A stretch of DNA of 64,000 nucleotides from an uncultured delta proteobacterium (GCA_963847445.1 CAWJZV010000008.1:32001-96000), one strand, 5' to 3'; positions 19,968 to 30,592 are shown, counted from the stretch's first letter. Numbers and translations are program-made. Notes: generated by a model from the letters alone, not told the origin.

Positions 19968-21089
19968 TCGAAGAATTAACAGACAAATTGCCTCAGCGGA
20001 TTTTCGCCGCGACCACCATGCTACTCGGATTCTTGCTGGCCGGCTGTGAACAGCTACCGCAGCTGCATTTGCCGCAGTCCCAGCCGCAAGTTGTTATAGA
20101 TACCGGTCCGATCGCCGACCCGGTATTGTCGGCGCCGGTGCGGGTGAGCCACAGCCCGGAGGAAAATGAAGACCCGAGCATGATTCTGGCGCGGGATGGC
20201 CGGTTCTACGTGGTTTGGTCTTCAAAACAGCGCGGCCGGGTGGATCTGTTCATCAGCAGTTCGGCGGACGGCCGCACCTGGTCCGACGAGCGGCGCATCC
20301 ATGATGTTCCCGCCGAGGATTATTATCCGTCGCTGATGCAGACGCGCGATGGTAGATTTCACCTAGTCTGGTGCCAACTACAAAGAAAAGAAGGCCGCAC
20401 CGATGTTTGGTATACCGCTTCGACGCGACGGCCGGACGTGGGACAAACCGCAGTCGATCACTAACCGAGGCATCGATTGGGCACCGACGATTTATGAGGA
20501 CGCCAAGGGTGTCTTGCGGATCCTGTGGTCGTCGCGCCGGTCGGGCAGCCGCGACATTTGGGTGACCCGCTCGCTTGACGGCGGCAAGACCTGGCTGTCG
20601 CCCGACCAGGTGACGCGCAGCTCCGAGGAAGACGACTTTCCCCACGCTCTGCAAGCGACGAGCGGCGAGCATTACCTGGTTTGGACCCGTTACCGGCGCG
20701 GTTCGGCGATGCTCGAGTTGCACAAAGACCGCAGTTCCGATGTCGTCCTCGCTACTTCGCGTGACGCTGTGGTCTGGTCGGCGCCGGTGGTGTCGTCGTT
20801 CGGCGATCCCGACAATAAGTTTGTCGACATCCTGCCGGCGGTCTTCCAAGACCCCGACAAAGGACAAGTCTTCGTCAGTTGGACTTCCGGACGCACCGGC
20901 GTGCGCGGCGATATCTTAGCGCGCAGCGTAACGTCGCCGTCATCGCATCTGTTCCAGTTAACCAGATCGGAGACCAGCGATTATTCGGCGAAGATCGTGC
21001 CGACCCGGCAATCCGGCGAGTACTTGATGGTCTGGGTGTCGACCCGCGAGGGCAAGCCCGATGTCTTTGCGCGCCGCTTCAGACTCTAA
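19964..21089 (+). CDS. BNR/Asp-box (sialidase-like propeller) lipoprotein (frameshift ~20420)
   Basis: Lipobox LLAGC; repeated SxDGxTW Asp boxes (SADGRTWS, DGRTWD, SLDGGKTW, SRDAVVWS). Confidence 0.75.
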
Positions 21090-21165
21090 CCGGCGATGAT
21101 GCGATGAATTGGCTGGGCTAATTTGCTAATTAGAACTTGCCAACTTGTTTAGATAGGCGATCCGG

Positions 21166-21470
21166 CTAATCGAGATCGATATCTTTCAGCGGTTTGGTGA
21201 GCGGTTCGTCTTTGGCTTTTTTGAACAGTTCTTGAAACTTTGCTTCTAAAACTTTCGATTTGTTTTTTTCCGCTTCGGCGAGCTGCTGATACTTTTCATC
21301 GCGCCGGCCGGCTTCTCCCTTGACCTGGTTCACAGCATCTTTCAAATTCACCGCCATGCGCGGCTGACAGGCATTTTGTGGTCGAGGACGACGGCGAGCG
21401 TCGGATCGATGGTCAGTATTGCGTCGCAGCAGGGACAGGCAACTTGGATGGTTTTATTTTCGTTGGACAT
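21166..21470 (-). CDS. Small hypothetical protein with CPCC motif and basic coiled-coil tail (frameshift ~21365)
   Basis: MSNENKTIQVACPCCDAILTIDP joins AVNLKDAV...KPLKDIDLD; SD AGGAG. Confidence 0.6.
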
Positions 21471-21482
21471 CGTCGACTCCTA

Positions 21483-21554
21483 AGGCGAGGCACGAGGCGT
21501 GAGGCATCCAGGATTCTAATTTACTCGTGTCTCGCGCCTTTTGCCTCATGCCTT
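21483..21554. repeat. Inverted heptamer arrays (GAGGC-type) forming an intergenic hairpin
   Basis: AGGCGAGGCACGAGGCGTGAGGCA ... GTCTCGCGCCTTTTGCCTCATGCCT. Confidence 0.5.
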
Positions 21555-21556
21555 CC

Positions 21557-21925
21557 TCATCCCCGCAACTCGATCTGTTCTCCGTCCGGGCCGGCAAAGA
21601 CGACCCGGCGCCAGCCGTTTTCCCGCGGTTCACGGGCGGCGGTATCATGGGGCGCGCGCAAGAGTTTGACGCCATCGCGCTGCAGTTGCTCGACCGTCTC
21701 GTTAAAACTGTCGGTCTCCAGGCAGAAATGGAAACCGGCCATCGCCCCATCGCTGTGGTGCGTCAGTTCAAGCACCGTGTCGCCCAATTTTAGATACCCA
21801 ATCTGCAGGCCGCCGCTACCGGTCTGGCGAAAATAATGTTTAAAGCCAAAATGTCGTTCGTAGAATGCCACCGAACGGTCAAGATCGGCGACATGAATGG
21901 CGACATGGTCGATGCGCTTGAACAT
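21557..21925 (-). CDS. VOC/glyoxalase family protein
   Basis: IDHVAIHVADLDRSVAFY, HFCLE, GPDGEQIEL. Confidence 0.88.
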   Translation of the reverse strand: MFKRIDHVAIHVADLDRSVAFYERHFGFKHYFRQTGSGGLQIGYLKLGDTVLELTHHSDGAMAGFHFCLETDSFNETVEQLQRDGVKLLRAPHDTAAREPRENGWRRVVFAGPDGEQIELRG

Positions 21926-22041
21926 GGCTTTCTCCTCGCTCCGAAGCATAGGCTTTTCGCCGCGGTGAAAGCAAGGATAATGCGCCAACGTGAAAAATTC
22001 TCGCCTTCGCGTTACAATGGCAGCGAATCAGAGCCGCGCTC

Positions 22042-22728
22042 ATGCCGATATTTCGCCTTGTTGACGACCTAGTCTTCCCACCGCCGGATTATGCCGATCC
22101 CAGCGGCTTGCTGGCGGTGGGTGGAGATCTGTCCAGCGAGCGGCTGCTGGCGGCCTACCGCCTGGGCATTTTCCCCTGGTACTCCGAGGACCAACCGATC
22201 CTTTGGTGGTCGCCGGACCCGCGTCTGACATTAGAGCTGGACGATTTCAAACTTTCGCGCAGCTTGGCCAAGACGATGCGTAAGGGGGTATTCAAAGTAA
22301 CCATCGATCGAATTTTCGAAGAGGTCATCGCCGCCTGCGCCGCCGTGCCGCGGGATGGTCAGAAGGGCACTTGGATTACCCCAGAGATGCAAGCGGCCTA
22401 CATCCAACTTCATGGTTTGGGCTACGCCCACTCCGTGGAGACCTGGTTCGACGGCAAACTAGTCGGCGGGCTCTACGGTGTGTCCTTGGGTAAAGCGTTT
22501 TTCGGCGAGTCGATGTTTCATCGCCACACGGATGCCTCAAAGGTCGCCTTGGCGACGTTGGTCGAGAAACTCAAAAGCTGGGGTTTCCAGTTCATCGACT
22601 CGCAGATGACCACCGAGCATATGCTGCGCCTAGGCGCGAAGGAGCTGTCCCGGCGCATCTTCCTCAAGCAGTTGCAGGCTGCGCTGCGCCATCCTACCAA
22701 GCGCGGCAAATGGCGCATTGACGAGTGA
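22042..22728 (+). CDS. aat: Leucyl/phenylalanyl-tRNA-protein transferase
   Basis: GLLAVGGDLS, AYRLGIFPW, WWSPDPR, AHSVETW, GGLYGV, FFGESMF, DASKVAL. Confidence 0.96.
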   Translation: MPIFRLVDDLVFPPPDYADPSGLLAVGGDLSSERLLAAYRLGIFPWYSEDQPILWWSPDPRLTLELDDFKLSRSLAKTMRKGVFKVTIDRIFEEVIAACAAVPRDGQKGTWITPEMQAAYIQLHGLGYAHSVETWFDGKLVGGLYGVSLGKAFFGESMFHRHTDASKVALATLVEKLKSWGFQFIDSQMTTEHMLRLGAKELSRRIFLKQLQAALRHPTKRGKWRIDE

Positions 22729-22735
22729 GCGACGC

Positions 22736-23268
22736 TTAACTCGCCGGCTTTTCCACTGCGTCGATCAAGCCCTCGAGAGATTTTTGCCCGGGAATTCCAC
22801 GGCGAGCAAGACCAAACTCAATAGCGACAAGGCGATCTGATCGCCGACGTAGCGGCCGAGAAACGCCAGAACAAAACCATAGACCGCGATCGCTTCGATG
22901 ATCGCGAAGATGACGACTTTGCGCGTGATGTAAGTCGAAATGATGTAGGCGGCGTTCTGTTCGTCGACGCCGTTGAATTCCGCCACGGCGCGAAACAGTT
23001 TGGTCTGGCGGGCATCGCGCCGGATCGCTTGAGGCGTGAGATTTTTCTTGCGCCAGTAGCCGTAGTATCCCAGATCGACCACAGTCAAGATCCAGAAGAT
23101 GATTCGCGATGGCTCGGCGATCGCAGGGTTGGTGCCGACGCTTGGGTTACCGAGGATCTGGCGCGCGATCACCAGATAAATCGGAATCGAGATCGCAAAG
23201 AAGCTCCATAGTATGACCGCGGCGCCGCGTTGGTCGAGCAAGATTGTTCTGAATTCGGGGCGAATCAT
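22736..23268 (-). CDS. Hypothetical membrane protein, about 4 TM helices (probable indel near the 3' end)
   Basis: Hydrophobic segments; AIIEAIAVYGFVL; SD AGGAGG before MIRPEF. Confidence 0.6.
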
Positions 23269-23411
23269 CGATCCTCCTGATGATTTTCTATTAACATATG
23301 GCGACCGGCTATGTCTCGTCGTATAAAACATTGTGAATCGGCGCCAATGATCTTGTTGTACTCGTAACACGATGATATAGGGCGCCCATAGACGCGATGT
23401 GAGGAGATCCT

Positions 23412-25004
23412 ATGGCTGAATTCGATATCGTGATCCATGGTGGCAGAATCGTCGACGGCACGGGCAACCCGTGGTTTTACGGCGACGTGGCGATCAAAGA
23501 TGGCAAGATCGCCAGCATTGGCAAGATTAGCCCCGAAGCGGGCGCGCGGGCGATTTCGGCGAAAGGGTTAGTCGTCACGCCCGGCTACATCGATATGCAT
23601 ACCCACAGCGATCAGCCGCTGGTCGCCGACGGCAACGCTGAAAGTAAAGTGCGCCAGGGCGTGACACTGGATATTATTGGCGAAAGCCAAACGGTGGCGC
23701 CACTGGCAGGCGCGATCCTCGAAGAGTACCGCGCCGAGCATCGCCAACGGCATGGCATCGAAGCTGATTGGACAACTTTCACCGGCTATTTCGACAAAGT
23801 CATGCAAAGCGGGATTTCCATCAACGTCGCCTCCGGCGTCTCGCCGCAACAGGTAAAGCGGGTCGTTTGCGGCTTTGAAGAACGGCCGGCCACTGCGGTC
23901 GAACAGGAAAAGATGAATCGCCTGGTCGCCCAGGCGATGGAAGAGGGCGCGTTGGGCTTGACCGCGGCATGGCATGCCAAGGGGCCGGAGAACACCGAAG
24001 AAGTGGTCGAGATGGCCAAGGTCGCCAAGCGCTACGGCGGCTACTACGGCGTTCACGTCGGCAGTGAAGGCTACGACATGATGGAGGAGCTGGCCAAGAT
24101 GCTCCGCGTGGCGCGCGGCTCGCAGATTCCCGTGCATGTTTATCACTTGAAAATGCGCGCCAAGGCGAACTGGGGCAGGATTCGCCAGGTGATCGCCCAA
24201 CTCGAAGAAGCGCGCCGCGAAGGTTTGGAAATTACCGCCAATCAATATCCCTACACGGCCATGCAGCATCCCTGGCGCCGGCTGTTTCCGCGCTGGGTGC
24301 AAGACGGGCCGGTGGGCGAGACTATTTCCCAATTCAAAAGCCCGGCGTTTCGCGAGCGGGTCACGCAGGATCGTGAGTTCAACCAGTATGTCGATGAGCA
24401 TGGCGGCTGGGAAGGCATCGTTGCCGCGCGTTTGGATACTGCGCCGTTAAAGAAATTCGAAGGCATGACCATCGCCGAGATCGCCAAGATCCGCGAGCAA
24501 GATCCGACCAGCGCCTGCTTCGATTTGATCTTCGAAGAGGGCGTGTTCATTCACGGCGTGCATCACACCATGAACGAAGACGATGTCAAATCGGTGATGC
24601 GCGTGCCCTGGGTGTCCATCGGTTCGGATGGCAGCGCGCTCAATCAGAATTTCCCCGGCAAGCCGCACCCGCGCAGCTTCGGCACCAATCCGCGGGTTTT
24701 GGGAAAGTACACCCGGGATGAAAACGTCCTGACGCTGGAAGACGCGGTGCGCAAGATGACCTCGTTGCCGGCGCAGGTGTTGGGACTGAAGGATCGCGGC
24801 CTTTTGCGCGAGGGCTTTTGCGGCGACGTGGTTCTATTCGATCCGGACACGGTGGCCGACACCGCGACCTACGACAATCCCAAACAGTATCCGAAAGGGA
24901 TTCCCTACGTGCTAGTAAACGGCCAAGTTGTTATAGATAATGGCCATCATACTGGAGCGCGGCCGGGACGAGTGGCGTATGGGCCGGGGTGGCGCGGCGT
25001 TTGA
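23412..25004 (+). CDS. D-aminoacylase (N-acyl-D-amino-acid deacylase) family amidohydrolase
   Basis: PGYIDMHTHSD, GSDG, KPHPRSFGT.PRVLG, AVRKMTSLPA, DRGLL. Confidence 0.9.
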   Translation: MAEFDIVIHGGRIVDGTGNPWFYGDVAIKDGKIASIGKISPEAGARAISAKGLVVTPGYIDMHTHSDQPLVADGNAESKVRQGVTLDIIGESQTVAPLAGAILEEYRAEHRQRHGIEADWTTFTGYFDKVMQSGISINVASGVSPQQVKRVVCGFEERPATAVEQEKMNRLVAQAMEEGALGLTAAWHAKGPENTEEVVEMAKVAKRYGGYYGVHVGSEGYDMMEELAKMLRVARGSQIPVHVYHLKMRAKANWGRIRQVIAQLEEARREGLEITANQYPYTAMQHPWRRLFPRWVQDGPVGETISQFKSPAFRERVTQDREFNQYVDEHGGWEGIVAARLDTAPLKKFEGMTIAEIAKIREQDPTSACFDLIFEEGVFIHGVHHTMNEDDVKSVMRVPWVSIGSDGSALNQNFPGKPHPRSFGTNPRVLGKYTRDENVLTLEDAVRKMTSLPAQVLGLKDRGLLREGFCGDVVLFDPDTVADTATYDNPKQYPKGIPYVLVNGQVVIDNGHHTGARPGRVAYGPGWRGV

Positions 25005-25077
25005 TTGCACGCCGCGCATTACAGACGACAAATTCCAGATTCCAGATTGACGATCAGTGCGCTTTGGGAGGCACCAA

Positions 25078-26765
25078 ATGGATTACGATTTACTGATAAA
25101 GAATGGCCGAGTCGTCGATGGCTCGGGATTACCGTCGTATGTCGCCGATGTCGGTATAAAAAATGGCAGGATCGCCGAGATCGGCCGGCTACGTGGCACG
25201 GCTGCTCGTACCATCGACGCCGACGGCTTCGTCGTCGCGCCGGGCTTCATCGATCACCATACCCATATGGACGGGCAGATTCTTTGGGACCCGTTCGGCA
25301 CCTGCGAACCGCAGCATGGCGTGACCTCGATCATCATGGGCAACTGCGGTCTGGCGCTGGCGCCGGTGAAAAACGGCGACGAGGACGCCATCGTCAAAAG
25401 TTTTGTCCGTGTCGAAGCGATCCCGCGCGTCGCGCTAGAGAAAGGCGTGCCCTGGGGTTGGAAATCCTACGGCGATTACTTGAACAAACTCGAAGGCAAC
25501 GTCGGCATCAACGTCGGCGGCATCGTCGGCCATATCGCCGTGCGCCAATTCGTCATGGGCGAAGAGTCGACGGAACGCAAAGCGACGACAGGCGAAGTCG
25601 ACAAAATGCGCCAAGCGGTGGGCGAAGCGATGGGCGCCGGTGCTTTCGGCCTGTCGACCAACCGCAACGAGCGCCATATGCGCGAGGACGGTCTGCCGGT
25701 GCCGAGCCGGTTGGCCGACGATGATGAACTGTTCGCCCTTTGCGAAGTGGTCAGCGCGTCCAACAGCGGCGTGATTCAGATGAACATGGGGCGCCACTGC
25801 GTCGAACAGATTCCCCAATACGACGAACTCGCCCGGCGCGTCGGCCGGCCGATCGTTTGGCAGAGCGTGCAGTATAAAGAAAGCGAGCCCGAGCTGTGGC
25901 AAAACATGCTGAACGGCATCGCCAAGACCTTTGCCGACGGCTACCAGGCCTATGGTTTGACTCATACGGTGCCGCTGATGCGCCACTTCACCATGAAGGA
26001 CGCGCAGATCTTCGACGAGTTTCCCGCTTTGGAAAAATCTCATGTTCCTACCGGAAGCGGCGCGCAAGCTGGCGTTCGCCGATCCGGCGACCCGGCAAAA
26101 AATGCGCGACGACATGGCCGAGCCGCGGCCGGTGTCGTTTCATAAAAACTGGGGTCGGGTGTTTGTCGAGCAGGTGGTCAAAGCGGAAAATCAAAAGTAC
26201 GCCGGCAAAAGCGTCGCCGATGTCGCCGCGCTGCGCAAGCAGGATGCGCTCGATGCGTTTCTCGATTTGTCGCTGGAAGAAGATTTGGCCACGACCTTCG
26301 AGACCACCAATCGCGGTTTCAACCCCGAGGCGATGAGCACGATCATGAAGAGTCCCTACGTGGTCATCGGCACCTCGGATGCCGGCGCCCATGTCCAGTT
26401 CGGCGCCGACTTCGGTTACTGTACGACGCTGCTCGGCATGTGGGTGCGCGACCGGCAGATGATCGGGCTCGAACAGGCGATCCACAAGCTGACATTCCAT
26501 GTGGCGTCGATTTGGGGCATCGAAGGCCGCGGTTTACTGCGGCCGGGATTCGCACGCCGACGTGACGGTCTTCGATCCCAAGACGATCAAAGCCTGCGCG
26601 CCGGAATGGGCCGACGATTATCCGGCGGCGACCAAGCGTTTGATCCAACGCTCCGAAGGCGTGCATTACACCATCGTCAACGGCAAAGTAATTTACGACG
26701 ATGGCAAGCTGAGCGGCGAGATGGCCGGCAACGTGCTGCGCAGCGCGGCGCATGCGGGGCAGTGA
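25078..26765 (+). CDS. D-aminoacylase-like amidohydrolase, paralog of 61551-63239 (indels ~26030, ~26555)
   Basis: PGFIDHHTHMD, GNCG, SDAGAH, TIVNG. Confidence 0.87.
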
Positions 26766-26819
26766 AAGAGCCGGGATTGGCCGCATAGAACGCAAGGGCC
26801 GCAATCAAATCTATTTACA

Positions 26820-26849
26820 AGGGGCGGGTTTGAAACCCGCCCTCTTTTT
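26820..26849 (+). terminator. REP-like hairpin with U-tract (terminator)
   Basis: GGGCGGGTT-TGA-AACCCGCCC followed by TCTTTTT. Confidence 0.6.
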
Positions 26850-26879
26850 ATGTGCCGATAAACAGTCTGGGAGTTACTT

Positions 26880-27833
26880 GTGGCGGGAAGTAGTTTATTA
26901 GCGCTGATCGACGACATCGCCTCGATCCTCGACGACGTCGCGGTGATGAGCAAAGTCGCCGTGAAAAAGACCGCCGGGGTGTTGGGCGACGATCTCGCGC
27001 TCAATGCCCATCAAGTCGCCGGCGTGCGCACCGACCGCGAACTGCCCGTTGTCTGGGCGGTGGCCAAGGGATCGCTCAAGAATAAGGTGATTCTCGTGCC
27101 CGCGGCATTGGCGATCAGCGCGTTGATACCCTGGGCGATCACGCCGCTGTTGATGATCGGCGGCGCTTATCTGTGTTACGAAGGCTTCGAAAAGATCGCC
27201 CACCAGTTTATTCATGACCCGTCGGCAGAAGCGCATCATAAAGAACATTTGCAAGCGCTGGTCAACCCAGCCGTCGATATGGTCGCCGTCGAGAGAGAAA
27301 AAATCCAGGGCGCGATCCGCACCGACTTTATTCTGTCCGCTGAGATCGTCGTGATCGCCTTGGGCACCGTGGCGACCGCGGCGTTCGGCAAGCAGGTCGC
27401 GGTGCTGTGCGCCATCGCCATCCTCATGACCGTCGGCGTCTACGGCATCGTCGCCGGTATCGTCAAGCTGGACGACGCCGGACTGCACTTGAGCCGGAAG
27501 AGCGGCAATGGACCCTGGCGCGAATTCCAGCGCGGCGCCGGCAAACTCCTGGTGAGTCTGGCGCCTTACTTGATGAAGAGTTTGTCCATCGTCGGCACCA
27601 TCGCCATGTTCATGGTCGGCGGCGGCATCCTCACCCATGGCATTCCCGGCGCCCATGAGTGGATAGAACATCTCGCCCATGGCGCCGGCGGGGTTCCGGC
27701 TGTAGGCGCAATACTTGAAACGATACTGCCGTACCTGCTGGATATCATGTGCGGCGTGCTTGCCGGCTTGCTGGTTTTGCTTGGGGTATCCGCCGCGGCA
27801 AGAGTTTTTCGCATGCTCAAAGGAGCCCGTTGA
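26880..27833 (+). CDS. DUF808 (YedI-like) inner membrane protein
   Basis: LLALIDDIA..LDDVA, KTAGVLGDDLALNA, RELPVVW, GAIRTDFILSAEI, IVKLDDAG. Confidence 0.9.
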   Translation: MAGSSLLALIDDIASILDDVAVMSKVAVKKTAGVLGDDLALNAHQVAGVRTDRELPVVWAVAKGSLKNKVILVPAALAISALIPWAITPLLMIGGAYLCYEGFEKIAHQFIHDPSAEAHHKEHLQALVNPAVDMVAVEREKIQGAIRTDFILSAEIVVIALGTVATAAFGKQVAVLCAIAILMTVGVYGIVAGIVKLDDAGLHLSRKSGNGPWREFQRGAGKLLVSLAPYLMKSLSIVGTIAMFMVGGGILTHGIPGAHEWIEHLAHGAGGVPAVGAILETILPYLLDIMCGVLAGLLVLLGVSAAARVFRMLKGAR

Positions 27834-28297
27834 AAGCCGTTTGGCTGATGTTCCGATACTTGCTCCCGGCGTTGATTCCCTCCTGGAGGTTTTTCGATTT
27901 CATCGCGCCGTCGCCGCGCATCGAGTTCGCCGTCGTCGCGGCAGTGGACGATCCGGCTATGCGCTGGCGAGAGTTTCGCCCGCGGCCGGCCCATTTGCCG
28001 GTCGCCGCGATGCTGCGGCGATTGCTGTGGAATCCGGTCTGGAATGAATCCTTATTCATGGTGAGCTGTGCGGAGAAGCTGCTCGATGAACCGTCCATCC
28101 GGCGCGAAGATGAGCTGCTGACGCGGATCGCCGCCACGGTTGCACGCGGTGAAACAGGCGACAAAACTACAGGTTCGAGTTATCTGAGATTTCGCATCGT
28201 AGTGCTCAAGCGGGAAGGCGAGCAGATCTCCCGGCGCGTCGGCTTTGTCTCCTCGGCGCGGCGGCTCGACGCCATCGGCAAGATTGGCGCGGTATGA
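27830..28297 (+). CDS. Hypothetical protein translationally coupled to the HTTM gene
   Basis: LIPSWRFFDFIAPSPRIE, LLWNP.WNE.LF..SCAE; start and stop overlap neighbours at both ends. Confidence 0.65.
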   Translation: MKAVWLMFRYLLPALIPSWRFFDFIAPSPRIEFAVVAAVDDPAMRWREFRPRPAHLPVAAMLRRLLWNPVWNESLFMVSCAEKLLDEPSIRREDELLTRIAATVARGETGDKTTGSSYLRFRIVVLKREGEQISRRVGFVSSARRLDAIGKIGAV

Positions 28298-28986
28298 ATT
28301 TAGACCTGGCGCTGCGCTGGAGTGAAATCCTCATGGGTTGCGCTTTTCTCCAGCAAGGCGCCGAGCATTTGGCCGCGCCGGCGAAGGAACGATGGCTCTA
28401 TATACCGCGTATGGTGCTGGCGCTCTTGCTGATCGCCGGCGTCCAACCACCCATCATCGAAGCTTTACTCCTGCTACTGGGTATGGCGATTTTGTATCGC
28501 TTTCAGGGGCCGTATAACGGTGGCAGCGACCGCATGAGCCTGCTCCTGCTGTTCTGTTTGTTGATGTCGCATCTCGCGCCGACTCGGCAGTGGCAAGAAA
28601 TCGCCCTGGGATATCTATCGGTTCAACTCGTGCTGTCTTATGCCATCTCCGGTTGGATTAAATTGTCCAATCCGGATTGGCGCAGCGGGCAAGCCCTGAA
28701 AGATGTTTTTGAATTCTCGGTGTATCCAGTCAGTGAGAGCATCCGTTCCTTAGCCAAGACACCGACCCTGTTGGTTGGCCTGTCATGGATATTGATGCTG
28801 TTTGAAATGCTTTTCCCGCTGGCTCTGCTCGATGCCACCTACTTGAAAGCGGCTTTGGCCGTTGCCGGGTTATTTCACCTGGTCAACGGCTGCGTCTTCG
28901 GTCTGAATCGCTTTCTGTGGATCTGGATCGCGGCCTATCCTTGCCTGCTGTGGTTTCAGCAACGGGTGAATTCAAACGTTTTCTGA
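28294..28986 (+). CDS. HTTM-domain membrane protein
   Basis: GPYNGGSDRM, SY..SGW.KL..PDWRSG, FE..FP, FHL..VFGLNRF.W. Confidence 0.75.
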   Translation: MNLDLALRWSEILMGCAFLQQGAEHLAAPAKERWLYIPRMVLALLLIAGVQPPIIEALLLLLGMAILYRFQGPYNGGSDRMSLLLLFCLLMSHLAPTRQWQEIALGYLSVQLVLSYAISGWIKLSNPDWRSGQALKDVFEFSVYPVSESIRSLAKTPTLLVGLSWILMLFEMLFPLALLDATYLKAALAVAGLFHLVNGCVFGLNRFLWIWIAAYPCLLWFQQRVNSNVF

Positions 28987-29006
28987 TCTAATTTCTACAG
29001 TCGAGG

Positions 29007-29490
29007 TCACCGTCCCAAGAAGATTTGGCCGAACTCTTTGGTGGTCTGCTCTATGATTGGGCCGATGAACTCGACATCGGCGTGGAAGATTTTTTTTCCA
29101 TCAGGTCGGGGAATTCCTCAGTCCCGCCGCCAACTCGGGTGAGCCGTTGGCAACATCGACGATATGCGCGCCTGTGAATTCGCTTTGGATACGCACCAGT
29201 TGGCGGTTACCAGAAACCCGCGTGGGCACGGGCTTTACGAACGGATAGCGCTTGCGGAAGACCTGCAGGAACGGCTCGATCTGTTGGGCTTGCAGTGTGC
29301 TGTAGAAATTAACCTCGCCTTCAACCTTGGCTTTCTCCGTCAGCGTTGCTTGCCGTTGCTCTGGTGCAAGTTTGCTGAGCCCCGCAAGAATCTGGCCGGC
29401 GGTCTCGGGCGCTACGCCGGCGAAAAGTGTTGCCGCGTGGCTAACCAGCGAAAACAGCGCGAGCAATACTAATAATAACTTCTTCATCAT
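29007..29490 (-). pseudogene. Internally deleted paralog of the adjacent solute-binding protein
   Basis: N-terminal ~125 codons and C-terminal DVEFIGPIIEQTTKEFGQIFLGR* both match 29522-30592; about 0.59 kb of the middle is absent (junction ~29115). Confidence 0.75.
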
Positions 29491-29521
29491 CGACAATTCC
29501 TGAGCTCATTCACTCGGAAAT

Positions 29522-30592
29522 TCACCTACCCAAGAAAATCTGGCTGAACTCCTTGCCGGTCTGATCCATGATCGGGCCGATGAAGTCGACGTCGACGAGA
29601 AAGGATTCTTTTTCCACCAACTCGGGAAATCTCTGCTTGACGCCTTTGCGCGCGACCACGCGGCCGAAGCTGGTGATGATCGCTTGGCCCTCTTCCGACA
29701 GCGCCCAGTCGTAGAACAGCGCGGCGGCGTGGGGATGGGGCGCATGGCGCGCCAGCATGAGTTTATTGGCCTGGGCGAAGTAGGGATCGAGAATCACTTG
29801 ATCGACGGGCGCGCCGCGCGCTTTCATGTCGAGCACCGTATGGCCCGACAGCACGATGGCGATGGGGCGTTCGCCGGCGCCCAGGAGCTGGCTCTGCGCG
29901 GTGCGACCGCGCATGAGTCTTAAATCCTGCTTGGCCAGCGCGCGCATATATTGCAGCGCCTTGTCCCGGCCCATATGTTTTTGCAACACTGCGGACCACT
30001 CGTAGGCTTCGTCGTCGAGAAACATGTTGCTTTTCCATTTGGGCTGGAGCAGCTCCTCGTAGGACTTGGGGACGTCCTGGCGCTTGACCATGTTGGTGTT
30101 ATAGCCAAGCACGATGGGGATGACGTAGAGCGACACGAAGTAACCGTCTTTGTCGCGATTCGGTGGGTTGTAGAAATCCCGCTGCGGCGAGAAATAGGGA
30201 TCGATGGCGCCGATCTTTTTGATCGCCGAAGCCTGCTCGGAGGAGCCGTTGGTAACGTCGAATAAGTGATTGCCGCCATTCATCTCGGTCTGGATCTTGA
30301 TCACCTGGCGGTTGCCGGAGACGCGGTAGGGATTGACCTTGATGAATGGATAGCGCTTTTGAAACACCCGGATAAACGGCTCGATCTGCTGCGCTTGCAG
30401 CGAGCTATAGAAAGCGACTTCGCCCTCGGCTTTGGCCTTCTCGATCAGTTGCTTCTGGCGCTGCTCGGCTGGCAACTTGTTCAAACGGGCGAGGATCTGT
30501 CCGGCGCTTTCCGGGGCAGCGCCCGAATAAGCTGCTGGAGCTGTGCTGCTCAATACCACCATGGCGAACAAAACCGCAAAATAGCATTTCAT
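29522..30592 (-). CDS. Extracellular solute-binding protein (Fe3+/SBP_bac_6-like)
   Basis: Signal peptide, AKAEGEV.FYSS, YNTNMV..PKSYEELL.PKWK, APHPHAAALFYDW.LS.EGQ. Confidence 0.88.
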   Translation of the reverse strand: MKCYFAVLFAMVVLSSTAPAAYSGAAPESAGQILARLNKLPAEQRQKQLIEKAKAEGEVAFYSSLQAQQIEPFIRVFQKRYPFIKVNPYRVSGNRQVIKIQTEMNGGNHLFDVTNGSSEQASAIKKIGAIDPYFSPQRDFYNPPNRDKDGYFVSLYVIPIVLGYNTNMVKRQDVPKSYEELLQPKWKSNMFLDDEAYEWSAVLQKHMGRDKALQYMRALAKQDLRLMRGRTAQSQLLGAGERPIAIVLSGHTVLDMKARGAPVDQVILDPYFAQANKLMLARHAPHPHAAALFYDWALSEEGQAIITSFGRVVARKGVKQRFPELVEKESFLVDVDFIGPIMDQTGKEFSQIFLGR

